Source: Squalus acanthias
Taxonomy: Eukaryota
Direction: 5' to 3'
Length of the DNA stretch: 64,000 nucleotides
NCBI GenBank assembly: GCA_030390025.1
Contig: CM059433.1
Span: forward strand, 186,001 to 250,000
Shown here: piece after piece, positions 47,223 to 59,030 of the stretch
How positions within the stretch are numbered: position 1 is the first letter of the stretch
How the letters are laid out: each line of letters begins with the position of its first letter
Program-made: the position numbers and the translations under genes
Notes under the pieces: generated by a model
What the model was told of the DNA's origin: nothing
Seen by the model: only the letters and a program-made list of their open reading frames with translations
The model's database searches: none

Positions 47223-49574
47223 ATGGAACGAATTCTAGTATTGCTCGCGGCAATCGGATGTGGATTGGCCTATCGAGGCCGCACCAAGGATGTCGTGGTG
47301 TTTGGATGCTCCGGGGACACGGCCCCCATCGCGGTGGATGGGACCGGAAGACGGGAGGCTGAGGAGACCACCACCTATTTCCACAAGGGAAGGTGGCCAG
47401 GATGGCTGGGAACGAACTCAACGGAGTATTCCAGCACATCGGGGTTTGCCTACCAAGAGACTTCTTTACTGTGCCCCAAAGTAAGGATCATCGCACCCAG
47501 GATCAGCGTCACCGTCGGCAAACGGATTTGTTTGACTTGTAGTGGGAATGTCCCATTGAGCCGATGGTGGTGGCTGCGAAAGCTGAGCAAAAACATGAGG
47601 AACTCTTCGGTCGAGTGGGAACGACTGGGTAATAATACCCATCGGACAATTACGGGGACAAACGGACAAGTGAGAGTCTGTTGGGACAAATGGTGGGAAC
47701 CGGATGAGGGAATTTATGTATGTATGTGGGGGTCAAAGTACGTTTGCCCCAAAGGCATCTCCATATTTTTCATTAATCAATGGCAGGATAACGGACAGGG
47801 GATGAGGTGGGATGCGAGCACCAGGGGGTGCGGAGCCCCATTCTCCCCGATCCCAGTAAATGCCACTGAACTCATTACGCGCCCACGCAAAGCCCCGCCC
47901 ACGATTCCGGTGGTTCTAGCTAAGGAAGAAGGGTGCCCTAAAACCAGTAAGGGACCCGGGAATGGTTTGGTACTGGTCCCCACAGACCAGATACTATTTC
48001 AGGGGGTACATTACGCGGTGGCCTCGGTGATTTTAAATCTCACCGAGGTGCGGTTACCAGAGTGGTGCCCCAAAAAGACGGAACAGTTATATCAGGTCCT
48101 GTTGACCAAGATGTTCAGACAATTTTACGAATTCGATTTCGCGGAAATTGATAAAACAAGTTTGTACACTGCACCACATGAAGTTTTTGATCAGGTGGGG
48201 AGGCAAAGCAGGGGTGTTGTGAACGACGCGTTCACTGCTTTTAACACGGGTACATCTGTGGTCAACGCTCTAGACAGTGTGGAGCTGCAGACCCAGATTA
48301 ATGGTTTAAAGACGCAATTAAAAGACATTCTAACAGATGAAAATAAGGTGGTTGGGTCGGGTTTACACGAGGACCAAGCCATGACTCTCCATTTAAAGGA
48401 AATTATAGCAGAGCTGGAGAAACACGCGAGAACGGTAAATGCCCTGATTAGGGAAGATCGGAATGCATCCGATCAAGCTGCGCAGAATGAGGTGTGCGTG
48501 CTTTACGGGGCGTGGTTACTGGGCGAGGGCCGCAGTAATTTGGAGGATTTAAAACAAGGTTTGGTCCCGTCCTGGATAAGTAACAAACACCTGCGGGCGC
48601 TCCACCCTTTTCAGAACGCATTAAGCCCGTGCCAGCTCAGGCTAGCTTCAGAAGCATACCCAGTCCCCGTGGACTGCGGACGATCAAACCATACCATTAT
48701 GGGTATAGTTTTACGTATGCCGGTTTTGGGCGACACAGCAAAGCCCGCCCCGGTGTATCGGGTAGAGAACATTGGTGTCATTCAGGGGGGAGCCCACATT
48801 CGCTATGCAGCGGTTCCACCCTACGTCATCCGCTGGGAGCAAACGATGACAGGTACAGATCTCTCTGGTTGTCGTGGCAGGGGAGCACACATAATACTGT
48901 GTCCCCAGCACTTGAATGCCTTTTTAACACCACAGTGCGGGTTCAGAACGGCTGGCGCCAAGTCCATGAATTGCACCATGGAGGCAATGGCACAAGATCA
49001 TGTGCCTCCGCAGGTAGCATACATCGGGGGTGGAACATATTGTGTTACCACTGCAGCGCAACACTACCAGCATGGAAACCGTAGCCGGTGTCCGGTGAGT
49101 GACAGCAGTTTCTGTTTCAAACCCAGGGCGGAAGTTCAAGTAGCACAACAGCGAATTGTCCCAATCCCTGAACCATCCACGGTTCATCTCACCGTAAAAG
49201 AGAATTTCACCGACTTGCAGCGATTCGTCGCGCATTTCGGATACATCATTCCCCCTCTCCCTGAACACCTCACCAAGCTTTTAAAAGCCGTCACGGTGTC
49301 ACAAAAATTTTTTTACACACTAGAGCAGAAAACTGTCGAAATAGGGACAGACATTCTGGACATAGTAATTCCACCATGGTGGAATCTGTTCACCAACATT
49401 GAAGTGCCTTCATGGATCAGAATAGCCTCCCACATTTTAGTTGTATGCCAAGTTTTTATTGTAGTGTACCTATTGGTCGTACATTGTAAGAGAGGCAAAC
49501 GCCTCACCAAGCACGAAAACACGGGAGAGTGGCGAGAACGTTACGTGCGCGTGCACGATGAAAGCACCGTGTAA
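47223..49574 (+). CDS. env: Env, about 783 aa: signal peptide, Ig V-like domain, F-type class I fusion protein, TM helix, short tail
   Basis: The ORF is open from 47064. The likely start MERILVLLAAIGCGLA follows an acceptor-like TCTATCTGATCACAG|G (47209). RQSR at 48201-48212, then heptad repeat, Cys-rich region and TM at about 49431-49481. Confidence 0.9.
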   Translation: MERILVLLAAIGCGLAYRGRTKDVVVFGCSGDTAPIAVDGTGRREAEETTTYFHKGRWPGWLGTNSTEYSSTSGFAYQETSLLCPKVRIIAPRISVTVGKRICLTCSGNVPLSRWWWLRKLSKNMRNSSVEWERLGNNTHRTITGTNGQVRVCWDKWWEPDEGIYVCMWGSKYVCPKGISIFFINQWQDNGQGMRWDASTRGCGAPFSPIPVNATELITRPRKAPPTIPVVLAKEEGCPKTSKGPGNGLVLVPTDQILFQGVHYAVASVILNLTEVRLPEWCPKKTEQLYQVLLTKMFRQFYEFDFAEIDKTSLYTAPHEVFDQVGRQSRGVVNDAFTAFNTGTSVVNALDSVELQTQINGLKTQLKDILTDENKVVGSGLHEDQAMTLHLKEIIAELEKHARTVNALIREDRNASDQAAQNEVCVLYGAWLLGEGRSNLEDLKQGLVPSWISNKHLRALHPFQNALSPCQLRLASEAYPVPVDCGRSNHTIMGIVLRMPVLGDTAKPAPVYRVENIGVIQGGAHIRYAAVPPYVIRWEQTMTGTDLSGCRGRGAHIILCPQHLNAFLTPQCGFRTAGAKSMNCTMEAMAQDHVPPQVAYIGGGTYCVTTAAQHYQHGNRSRCPVSDSSFCFKPRAEVQVAQQRIVPIPEPSTVHLTVKENFTDLQRFVAHFGYIIPPLPEHLTKLLKAVTVSQKFFYTLEQKTVEIGTDILDIVIPPWWNLFTNIEVPSWIRIASHILVVCQVFIVVYLLVVHCKRGKRLTKHENTGEWRERYVRVHDESTV

Positions 49575-50014
49575 TCGGAAAATGGCGTCACTCCCGCTTG
49601 CCACGTGCGCCGCGGAAGTGTTGTACTCGATCGTGATTTTTCGGAAACTGTAAATACGTTTGGAACTCGACATGTTTTAAGAGTTGGTGTTGATTATTTT
49701 GGTGATGGTGTTGTAGTTAAAAATGATTGTTTGGTTTTGTTTTGTTTTTCCTTTCCCTAAATAAAAATGTGAATATACAGGTGATAGGAGAGGCATCGGC
49801 CTGGTTGCGCCTGGAAGGAAAACAAGTGGTGTAAGTTTAAAGGCAAATAATGCCTGCGGTGTTATAAGAATGTAATTTTCCTGGGAAATAAGGACGACGC
49901 AAAGACCCTAGATAGTTTAAGTTATGGGGATTAATTTTCTGGATCTGGAGAAATCGAGATAATATTGCTCACCACAATATTTTTGATACGATAAGCGGAG
50001 TTATTCGCATCAAC

Positions 50015-50022
50015 AGGAGGGA
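50015..50022 (+). other. Polypurine tract of provirus B
   Basis: AGGAGGGA followed by C immediately before the 3' LTR, with the same GGGAC|TGTA junction as provirus A. Confidence 0.8.
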
Positions 50023-50023
50023 C

Positions 50024-51385
50024 TGTAGAATTCGCAATATATCGCGATTTTATAAATAAGGAGAAAACACACAGTTTCGTTCGAGCGGCTTTGTTTCAGC
50101 AGAATGCTGTCAGGTTTTCGGGGTGGACACGGGCAGCCTGTGAGGTGGCCGCCGAGCATCGTGGCAGAAGCTTCCAGAATACAGTGGGCAGACAAGATGG
50201 TGTTCGAATAAACATTTCAGTATCAGATTGGTTAATACGCAGCAAACACTGATAAAGACAGGAATGCAACCTGTCTGCATTCGACACAATAGCAAAGATA
50301 TAAGTGCTGGAATCATTTTCCATGCACAAGTAAGGACCATTGTAATGGGCAATCGAAGGCCCATCCAGACACAGCAATACACATATCAGTATTCGAGAAG
50401 GCCCCAAGCCCAGTCAGGGAGACTCCTAGCCGGCTCGACAATGGGGAAAACATTAACGGCTACTTGGCCAGTTTAAGGTGCTACCGAAACCCATTAAAGG
50501 AAAGAATCGCCCCATGCTGGGAGTTTTGTGCACCAGCATTTCACAAAGGACAAACATTAAGATTTGAGCGGGAGATAAGGGAACACAGCACTATAACTAT
50601 AGTGAACAAATGTCCATCAAGGGCTTATTCTCTGGATTCGACTTATATCTCTGCTGACTCTTGACTCGGGCTGGACTCTTGACTGATTGATCTCGCTGAT
50701 GACTGCTGAACTTTTATTCTCCTATTCTGATCCTCGGGTATCGCTCTGCTGGACGAGCAGCCTTCTGTTTTTCTCTGGACTCTGTTGACTACGAGACGAG
50801 ACGAGAAGAAGAGGAGAAGAATCCACGTACCGCCACGGTCAGTAAACCCCGACCGCGCCCGAAAATACAAGAAAGAACTGCAGCGAAACGAGCCGAGTGC
50901 CTTACTTTAAAATTCTCCGAAGTATCACGAGTGGTGAGCATGCTTCCTCGATCCTACAAATCTAGATTAGTGTAGGTATTAATAGGGGAGGGTGGTTTTA
51001 TTAAGGATAAATATAATGTGTTCCCCTTTTTACAATGTGCCGTGCGTTCCTCGTTTCCCTGAAATTAGTCACATAACTGCGTGTAAGATTGTACTGTCAT
51101 TAATCTGTGCTTATGACATGTATTTCGTAATCTTAAATAATATGCAATAAAGATTTTCCATTTCGTACCATTCAACCGGGTCTACCTGAGTTTTCTCTCC
51201 ATTACTGCTCTCGCATCTAAGTCCAGTGTCAGAACCGTAAGGGCGAGTGGGTCGAACCACTCACAGGTGTCTAGTGCTCCCAGACTGGCTGGAGACCAGA
51301 ACAGGCAACAAGGCCTAAACTCGCACTAGCATCCAGGCTGAGCACAGAGCCACACGAATCTCACAGGTTCAGAGAAACCCTTACA
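50024..51385 (+). repeat. 3' LTR of provirus B (1362 bp)
   Basis: Near-identical to the 5' LTR. Ends CCCTTACA, followed by the CTAT TSD. Confidence 0.96.
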
Positions 51386-51715
51386 CTATGAAGGCCAATA
51401 TACCATTTGCCTTCTTAACCGCCTGCTGCACCTGCATACTTACCTTCAACGACTGGTGTACAAGGACCCCCAGGTCTCGTTGAACTTCCCCTTTTCCCAA
51501 TCTATTGCCGTTCAGATAATAATCTGCCTTCCTGTTTTTGCCACCAAAGTGGATAACCTCGCATTTATCCACATTATACTGCATCAGCCATGCACCTGCC
51601 CAATCACCCACCTTGTCCAAATCATACTGGAGTTTCTCTGCATCCTCCTCACAACACACACACCCACCCAGCTTTGTGTCGTCTGCAAACTTGGACATAT
51701 TTACATCTAGTTCCC

Positions 51716-53185
51716 TGTAAGCTTCGCAAAATTCCCCAGAAACTCGTATAGAACCCTAAAAGGGGTGATTTTTGTATTGTTCGTACGAATTTGGGATGAT
51801 GGGACATAAGTGAAGTGATTTGAGGTAAAAACCTCAGTTCTGGACATTAAAAAGATCAGGATGAGAAAAAACCTGAGGAAAAATGACTTTTGAAAATGAC
51901 TATGGAAAAAAAAACACCTTTGCGAAGGGGTGTGGCGAGGCAGTGGACAACTTTTGGTGTCAAGCTGTTTGGAATTTGTTTGCACTGCAATCCAGGCAGG
52001 AGGAAGAACCTCACCCAAAACCTCACAACACACCCAAAATTGAATAATTCAAGGCACCTTTTGAATATCCCCAAGCCCAAACAGGATGCCAGAAGCCTGT
52101 AAACAATAAAACATCTAGTACAGCCATTACTTCATCAAAAACCAATCAGCCAGGTATCTATAGGGACAAGATTTGGCACGTAGATAAAGGCCCTGCCTAA
52201 ATGGGAGACATCGGAAGCCATCAGGACAATATAACACCAAGTTAAAACCATCAAAACTTAACAAGCCCGCAAAACTAAGACAATGGAATGAACAGGCCTC
52301 AACTGAAACCTAAATCACTTCAACACGAAACCGATTTAGGAAAGGGATTTTGGCGCGAAAAAGACAAAAAAGGGTCTGAACAGTATAATTGAGGGGCCTA
52401 ATCCCCCAAGAAAGTCTCTCTCAGCTCTGTTCCAGTTGCAGCAAGTTCCAGCAAGACACTACCAGCCACACGACACGAGCAGGAGGTGGAGAGAAGCAGC
52501 AAGGCCCCGGGGCAGACCCGGGGCAAGATCGGAGGCAAGGACAGACTAGGCCAGGCAAGGGCTAGAGCTGAGGCCACTGGGAGCGAGTCGGCATCGCTCA
52601 GCACACGGTCTAGCACTAGCAGCCACTAGCCAAGGTCACTGGAGGCTGGGAGCGAGTCGGCATCGCTCAACCCACGGTCCAGCCCCAGAAGGTACCGCCC
52701 CGACAAGCCTCCAACGCAACAAAACTCGACGACCAGACCACCATCGCAGATTTCACAGACTGGTACCACGTGGGGATGGCAGGCCCCAAAGGACAAAAAG
52801 AGAGTACCTCAAAATCGCAATCAACTTACCTGGCTGGATTCCGCACTGTCAAAACCCCTGTTTGGTGAGCATTATCCCTGATCTCCTGAAACCAAGACCT
52901 AGCTAGATAGTGGGACTTTTGGGAGGGATAAGGGTTTTTGTATATTGTATTTCTCCCTCGCCTGCACCGTGTGTTCCCCAACCTGTTTAAGTGTTAAGTG
53001 TGTTTTAAGTTTGTTACCTTTTCTTTTAATAAAAGTCAAAATTCTTTCATCGGAACCTGTTGTCTACTGCATCTTTGTTCACAACCCCCAAATAAGTCCA
53101 AGGTCCAGAACCAGGGGCATGGGAACGATTCGAACCGCTCGCTGAGTTAGAGGTGAGGCTGACCCCTACCACACCACCCCCTACA
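51716..53185 (+). mobile_element. Solo LTR (1470 bp) related to the provirus A LTR
   Basis: TGTAAG...CCTACA flanked by a CCC(T) duplication inside CR1b. TATAATT at 52384, AATAAA at 53028. Shares CACAACCCCCAAATAAGTCCAAGGTC with LTR A. Confidence 0.9.
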
Positions 53186-54917
53186 CCCTCGTCTAGATCA
53201 TTAATATATATTGTGAATAACTGGGGTCCTAGCACCGATCCCTGCGGTACCCCACTAGTCACTGCCTGCCACTCGGAAAAAGACCCGTTTATTCCAATTC
53301 TTTGCTCCCTGTCTGCCAACCAGTTCTCTATCCAAGTCAGTACCTTACCCCCACAATCCCATGTGCTTTAACTTTGCACGCCAATCTCTTATGCGGGACC
53401 TTATCGAAAGCCTTCTGAAAGTCCAAATACACCACATCCACTGGTTCTCCCTTATCTATTCTACCAGTTACATCCTCAAAAAATTCCAGTAGATTAGTCA
53501 AGCATGATTTACCTTTTGTAAATCCATGTTGACTTTGTCCGATCCTGTCACTGTTTTCCAAGTGCTCTGCTGTTACATCTTTTAGAATGGACTCTAGCAT
53601 TTTCCCCACTACTGATGTCAGGCTTACCGGTCTATAATTCCCCGTTTTCTCTCTGCCACCTTTTTTAAATAGTGGGGTTACATTAGCTACCCTCCAATCC
53701 ATGGGAACTGTTCCAGAGTCTATAGAATTTTGGAAGATGACCAGCAATGCATCTACTATTTCTAGGGCCACTTCCTTAAGTACCCTAGGATGTAGATTAT
53801 CAGGCCCTGGGGATTTATCGGCCTTCAATCCCGTCAATTTCCCTAACACCATTTCCCTACAAATACTGATTTCATTCAGTTCTTCCCTCTCATTAGACCC
53901 TATGTTCCCCGACATCTCTGGGAGGTTATTTGTGTCCTCCTTTGTGAAGACAGAACCAAAGTATGTATTTAATTGGTCTGCCATTTCTTTGTTCCCCATT
54001 ATAAATTCCCCTGATTCTGACTGCAAGGGACCTACGCTTGACTTCACCAATCTTTTTCTCTTCACATATCTATAGAAGCTTTTACAGTCAGTTTTTATGT
54101 TCCCTGAAAGCTTACTCTCATACTCTATTTTCCCCCTCTTAATTAATCCCTTTGTCCTCCTTTGCTGAATCCTAAACTGCTCCCAATCCTCAGGTTTGCT
54201 GCTTTTTCTGGCCAATTTATATGTCCTCTCCTTGGATCTTATGCTATCCCTAATTTCCCTTGTTAGCCACGGTTGAGTCACCTTTTTTGTTTTATTTTTA
54301 TGCCAAACAGGGATGAACAAATTCTGTAGTTTATCCATGCGATCTTTAAATGTTTGCCATTGCCTATCCACCGTCAACCCTTTAAGTAACGTTCCCCAAT
54401 CCATCCTAGCCAATTTGCGCCTCATACCATCGTAGTTTCCTTTATTTAAATTCAGGACCCTAGTCTGATTCCTTCACAACCATCTTCAGCAACAAGTGCC
54501 AAGTGGACGATGCATCTCGGCCTGCTCCTGAGGTCACCACCATCACAGAAGCCAGTCTTCAGCCAATTTGCTTCACTCCACGTGATATCAAGAATGGTAG
54601 CGCGCACTGGATACAGCAAAGGCTATGGGCCCCGGCAACATCCCGGCTGCAGAACTGAAGACCTGTGCTCCAGAACTAGCTGCACCTCTAGCCAAGCAGC
54701 TCCAGTACTGGCATCTACCCGACAAAGTGGTAAATTGGCCAGGTATGTACAGTCCGGAAAAAGCTGGTCTAATCCAACAGCCAGTTACCACCCCATCAGC
54801 CATCTCTCCATCATTAGCAAAGTGATGGAAGCTGTCATTGACAATGCTATCAAGCAGCACTTACGCTCAAATAACCTGCTCACCGCTGCCCAGTTTGGTT
54901 TCCGCCAGGACCACTTG

Positions 54918-55565
54918 AAACATAGAAAGAAACAAAGAAAAATAGCAGCAGGAGTAGGCCATTCGGCCCTTCGAGCCTGCTCCACCATTCAATATGATCA
55001 TGGCTGATCCTCTATCTCAATACCATATTACCGCTCTCTCCCCATACCCCTTGATGCCTTTTGTGTCTAGAAATCTATCTATCACCTTCTTAAATATATT
55101 CAGTGACTTGGCCTTCACAGCCTTCTGTGGTAGAGAATTCCACAGGTTCACCACCCTCTGAGTGAAGAAATTTCTCTTCATCTCAGTCCTAAATGTACTA
55201 CCCCGTATCCTGAGACTGTGACCCCTCGTTCTAGACCCCCCAGCCAGGGCAAACATCCTCCCTGCATCCAGTCTGTCTAGCCCTGTCAGAATTTTATACG
55301 TTTCAATGAGATCCCCTCTCATTCTTCTAAACTCTATTGAATACAGGCCTAGTCGACCCAATCTCTCCTCATATGACAATCCTGTCATCCCAGGAATCAG
55401 TCTGGTGAACCTTCGCTGCACTCCCGCTATGGCAAGTATATCCTTTCTTAGGTAAGGAGACCAAAACTGCACACAGTACTCCAGGTGTGGTCTCACCAAG
55501 GCCCTGTACAACTGTAGTAAGACATCCTTGCTCCTGTACTCAAATCCTCTTGTAATGAAGACCAA
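54918..55565 (-). mobile_element. 5'-truncated CR1 LINE
   Basis: Tail at 54918. CACTTG duplication at 54912-54917 and 55566-55571. Confidence 0.92.
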
Positions 55566-58031
55566 CACTTGGCTCCTGACCTCATGACAGCCTTGGTCCA
55601 AACATGGACAAAAGAGCTGAATTCCAGAGGTGAGGTGAGAGTGACTGTCCTCGACATCAAGGCAGCATTTGACCGAGTGTGGCACCAAGGAGCCCTAGCA
55701 AAACTGAAGTCAATGGGCATCGGGGGAAAACTCTACACTGGATGGTGTCATATGTTGCACAAGGAAGACGGTTGTGGTTATTGGAGGCCAATCATCTCAG
55801 CCCCAGGTCATCATTGCAGCAGTTACTCAGGACAGTGTCCTAGGCCCAACATCTTCAACTGCTTTATTAATGACCTTCAGAAGTGGGGATGTTCACTGCT
55901 GATTGCACAGTGTCAAGTTACATTCGTAATTCGTCAGATAATGAGGCAGTCTGTTTCCACATGCAGCAAGACCTGGACAACATTCAGGTTGGGGATGATA
56001 AGTGGCAAGTAACATTTGTGCCACACAAGTGCCAGACAATGACCATCTCCAACAAGAGAGAGTCTAACCACCTCCCCATGACATTCAATGGCATTACCAT
56101 TGTTGAATTCACCACCATCAACTTCCTGGATGTCACCATTGACCAGAAACTTAACTAGATCAGCCAAATAAATACTGTAGCTACAAGAGCTAGTCAGACG
56201 CTGGGTATTCTGCGCAAGTGACTCACCACCTCCTGACTCCCCAAAGCCTTTCCACCCTCTACAAGGCACAAGTCAGGAGTGCGAGGGAATATTCTCCACT
56301 TGCCTGGACGGTTGCAGCTCCAACATCACTCACGAAGCTCGACACAATCCAGGGGAAAGCAGGCTGCTTAATCAGCACCCCATCCACCATCTTAAACATT
56401 TACTCCCTCCTCATCCGGCGCACTGTGGCTGCTGGGGCACAGAAAGTACTCTGGCTGGGGGACTTCAATGTCCATCACCAAGTGTGGCTCGGTAGTGGCT
56501 CATGTTTGTTCTCTCACCACCTGCCGTGAACCAGTCTGGCTGCTATGTCCTTCAGGACTCAGCCAGCTCGGTCAATCATGGCACTACCGAGCCAGTGAGG
56601 ACACCCCTTCATCGTGTTCTGTGGCCCTACCACCGTGCTAAATGGAATAGATTCAGAGCACATCTAGCAGCTCAAAACTGGGCATCCATGAGGTGCTGTG
56701 GCCCATCAGCAGCAACAGAATTGTATTCCACCATAATCTGTAACTTCATGGGCTGGCATATCCCTCATTCTGCCATTACCATCAAACCAGCCCTGGTTCA
56801 ATAAGGAATGTTGAAGAGCATTCCAGGAGCTGCACCAGGTGTATCTGAAAATCAGAAACCAACTTGGTGAAGCTACAACACAGGACGATGGTGGAGCACA
56901 GCATGTGAGTGCAAAAGACAAGGCTGATGCCTTCACAACCATCTTCAGCCACAAGTGCCAAGTGGACGATGTATCTCGGCCTGCTCCTGAGGTCACCACC
57001 ATCACAGAAGCCAGTCTTCAAACAATTTGTTTCACTCCACGTAATATCAAGAACGGTAGAGCGCACTGGATACAGCAAAGGCTATGGGCCCCGGCAACAT
57101 CCCGGCTGCAGAGCTGAAGACCTGTGCTCCAGAACTAGCTGCACCTCTAGCCAAGCTGCTCCAGTACTGGCATCTACCCGACAAAGTGGTAAATTGGACA
57201 GGTATGTCCAGTCCGCAAACAGCTGGACTAATCCAACAGCCAGTTACCACCCCATCAGCCATCTCTCCAACATCAGCAAAGTGATGGAAGCTGTCATCCA
57301 CAATGCTATCAAGCGTCACTAATGCACAAATAACCTGCTCACCAATGACTAGTTTGGTTTCCGCCAGGACCACTTGGCTCCTGACCTCATTACAGCCTTG
57401 GTCCAAACATTGACAAAAGGGCTGAATTCCAGAGGTGAGGTGAGAGTGACTGTACTCGACATCAAGGCAGCATTTGACCGAGTGTGGCACCAAGGAGCCC
57501 GAGTAAAACTGAAGTCAATGGTGATTGGGGGAAAACTCTCCACTGGATGGTGTCATATCTAGCACAAAGGAAGATGCCTGTGGTTATTGGAGGCCAATCA
57601 TCTCAGCCCCAGGTCATCGGTGCAGCAGTTACTCAGGACAGTGTCCTCAGCCCAACATCTTCAACTGCTTTATTAATGACCTTCAGAAGTGGGGATGTTC
57701 ACTGCTGATTACACAGTGTCAAGTTACATTCGCAATTCATCAGATAATGAGGCAGTCTGTGTCCACATGCAGCAAGACCTGGACAACATTCAGGTTGGGG
57801 ATGATAAGTGGCAAGTAACATTTGTGCCACACACGTGCCAGACAATGACCATCTCCAACAAGAGAGAGTCTACCCACCTCCTCATGACATTCAATGGCAT
57901 TACCATCGTTGAATTCACCACCATCAACATCCTGGGGGTCACCATTGACCAGAAACTTAACTAGATCGGCCAAATAAATACTGTGGCTACAAGAGCTAGG
58001 CAGACGTTGGGTATTCTGCGCAAGTGACTCA

Positions 58032-59030
58032 TAGAAACATAGAAGATAGGAGCAGGAGTAGTCCATTCGGCCCCTCGAGCCTGTACCGCCATTCAATGAG
58101 ATCATGGCTGATCATCCAAACTCAGTACCCTGTACCTGCCTTCTCCACATATCCCTTGATACCTTTAGCTTTAAGAAATATATCTAACTCATTTTTGAAT
58201 ATATTTAATGACTTGGCCTCAACTACCTTCTGTGGTAGAGAATTCCACAGGTTCACCACTCTCTGGGTGAAGAAATTCTTCCTCATTTCTGTGCTAAATG
58301 GCTTACCCCTTATCCTTAGATTATGACCCCTGGTTCTGGACTCTCCGACCATCGGGAACATTCTTCCTGCATCTAGTTTGTCCAGACCTGTCGGAATTTT
58401 ATATGTTTCGATGAGATCCCCTCTCATTCTTCTATACTCCAGCGAGTATAAGCCCAATCGACCCAATCTCTCCTCATATGTCATTCCTGCCATCCCAGGT
58501 ATCAGCCTTGTGAATCTTTGCTGAACTCCTTCCATGGCAAGAACATCCTTCCTCAGATAAGGCGACCAAAACTGCACACAATACTCAAGGTGTGGTCTCA
58601 CCAAGGCCCTGTACAACTGCAGCAGGACATCCCTGTTCCTATACTCAAACCCTTTCACTATGAAGGCCAACATACCATTTGCCTTCTTCACCGCCTGCTG
58701 CACCTGCATGCTTACCTTCAGCGACTGGTACACAAGGACACCCAGGTCTCGTTGCACGTCCCCTTCTCCCAATCTATTGCCATTCAGATAATAGTCTGCC
58801 TTTCTGTTTTTGACACCAAAGTGGATAACCTCGCATTTATCCATGTTATATTGCATCTGCCACGCTTCTGCCCACTCACCCAACCTGTCCAAATCATCCT
58901 GGAGTTTCTCTGCATCCTCCTCGCAGCACACACTCCCACCCAGCTTTGTGTCATCTGCAAACTTGGAGATATTACATTTAGTTCCCTTATCTAGATCATT
59001 AATGTATATTGTGAATAGCTGGGGTCCAAG
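58032..59030 (-). mobile_element. 5'-truncated CR1 LINE
   Basis: Tail at about 58031. GACTCA duplication at 58026-58031 and 59031-59036. Open RT C-terminus. Confidence 0.93.

Larger units (their letters stand above)
39252..51385 (+). mobile_element. Provirus B: near-intact endogenous enveloped retroelement, lokiretrovirus-like (12.1 kb)
   Basis: TG...CA LTR pair, CTAT TSD (39248-39251 and 51386-51389), PBS, gag, pro-pol, env and PPT. Confidence 0.95.
38613..54466 (-). mobile_element. CR1 LINE (CR1b) in three pieces: 38613-39251, 51386-51715, 53186-54466
   Basis: (CATAGAAA)n tail at about 38614. CR1 sequence resumes exactly across provirus B (CCTCTCGCTAT|GAAGGCC) and across the solo LTR (CTAGTTCCC|TCGTCTAGA). 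Confidence 0.92.

Noticed and set aside
39252..51385. Classification as an ordinary gypsy/errantivirus or a gamma/epsilon ERV
   Set aside because: LPQG RT and a second RNase H argue against gypsy. Env lacks the CKS-17/CX6CC TM signature of gamma-type envelopes.
52575..52685. About 40-bp direct duplication inside the solo LTR
   Set aside because: Ordinary local LTR duplication with no further support for function.
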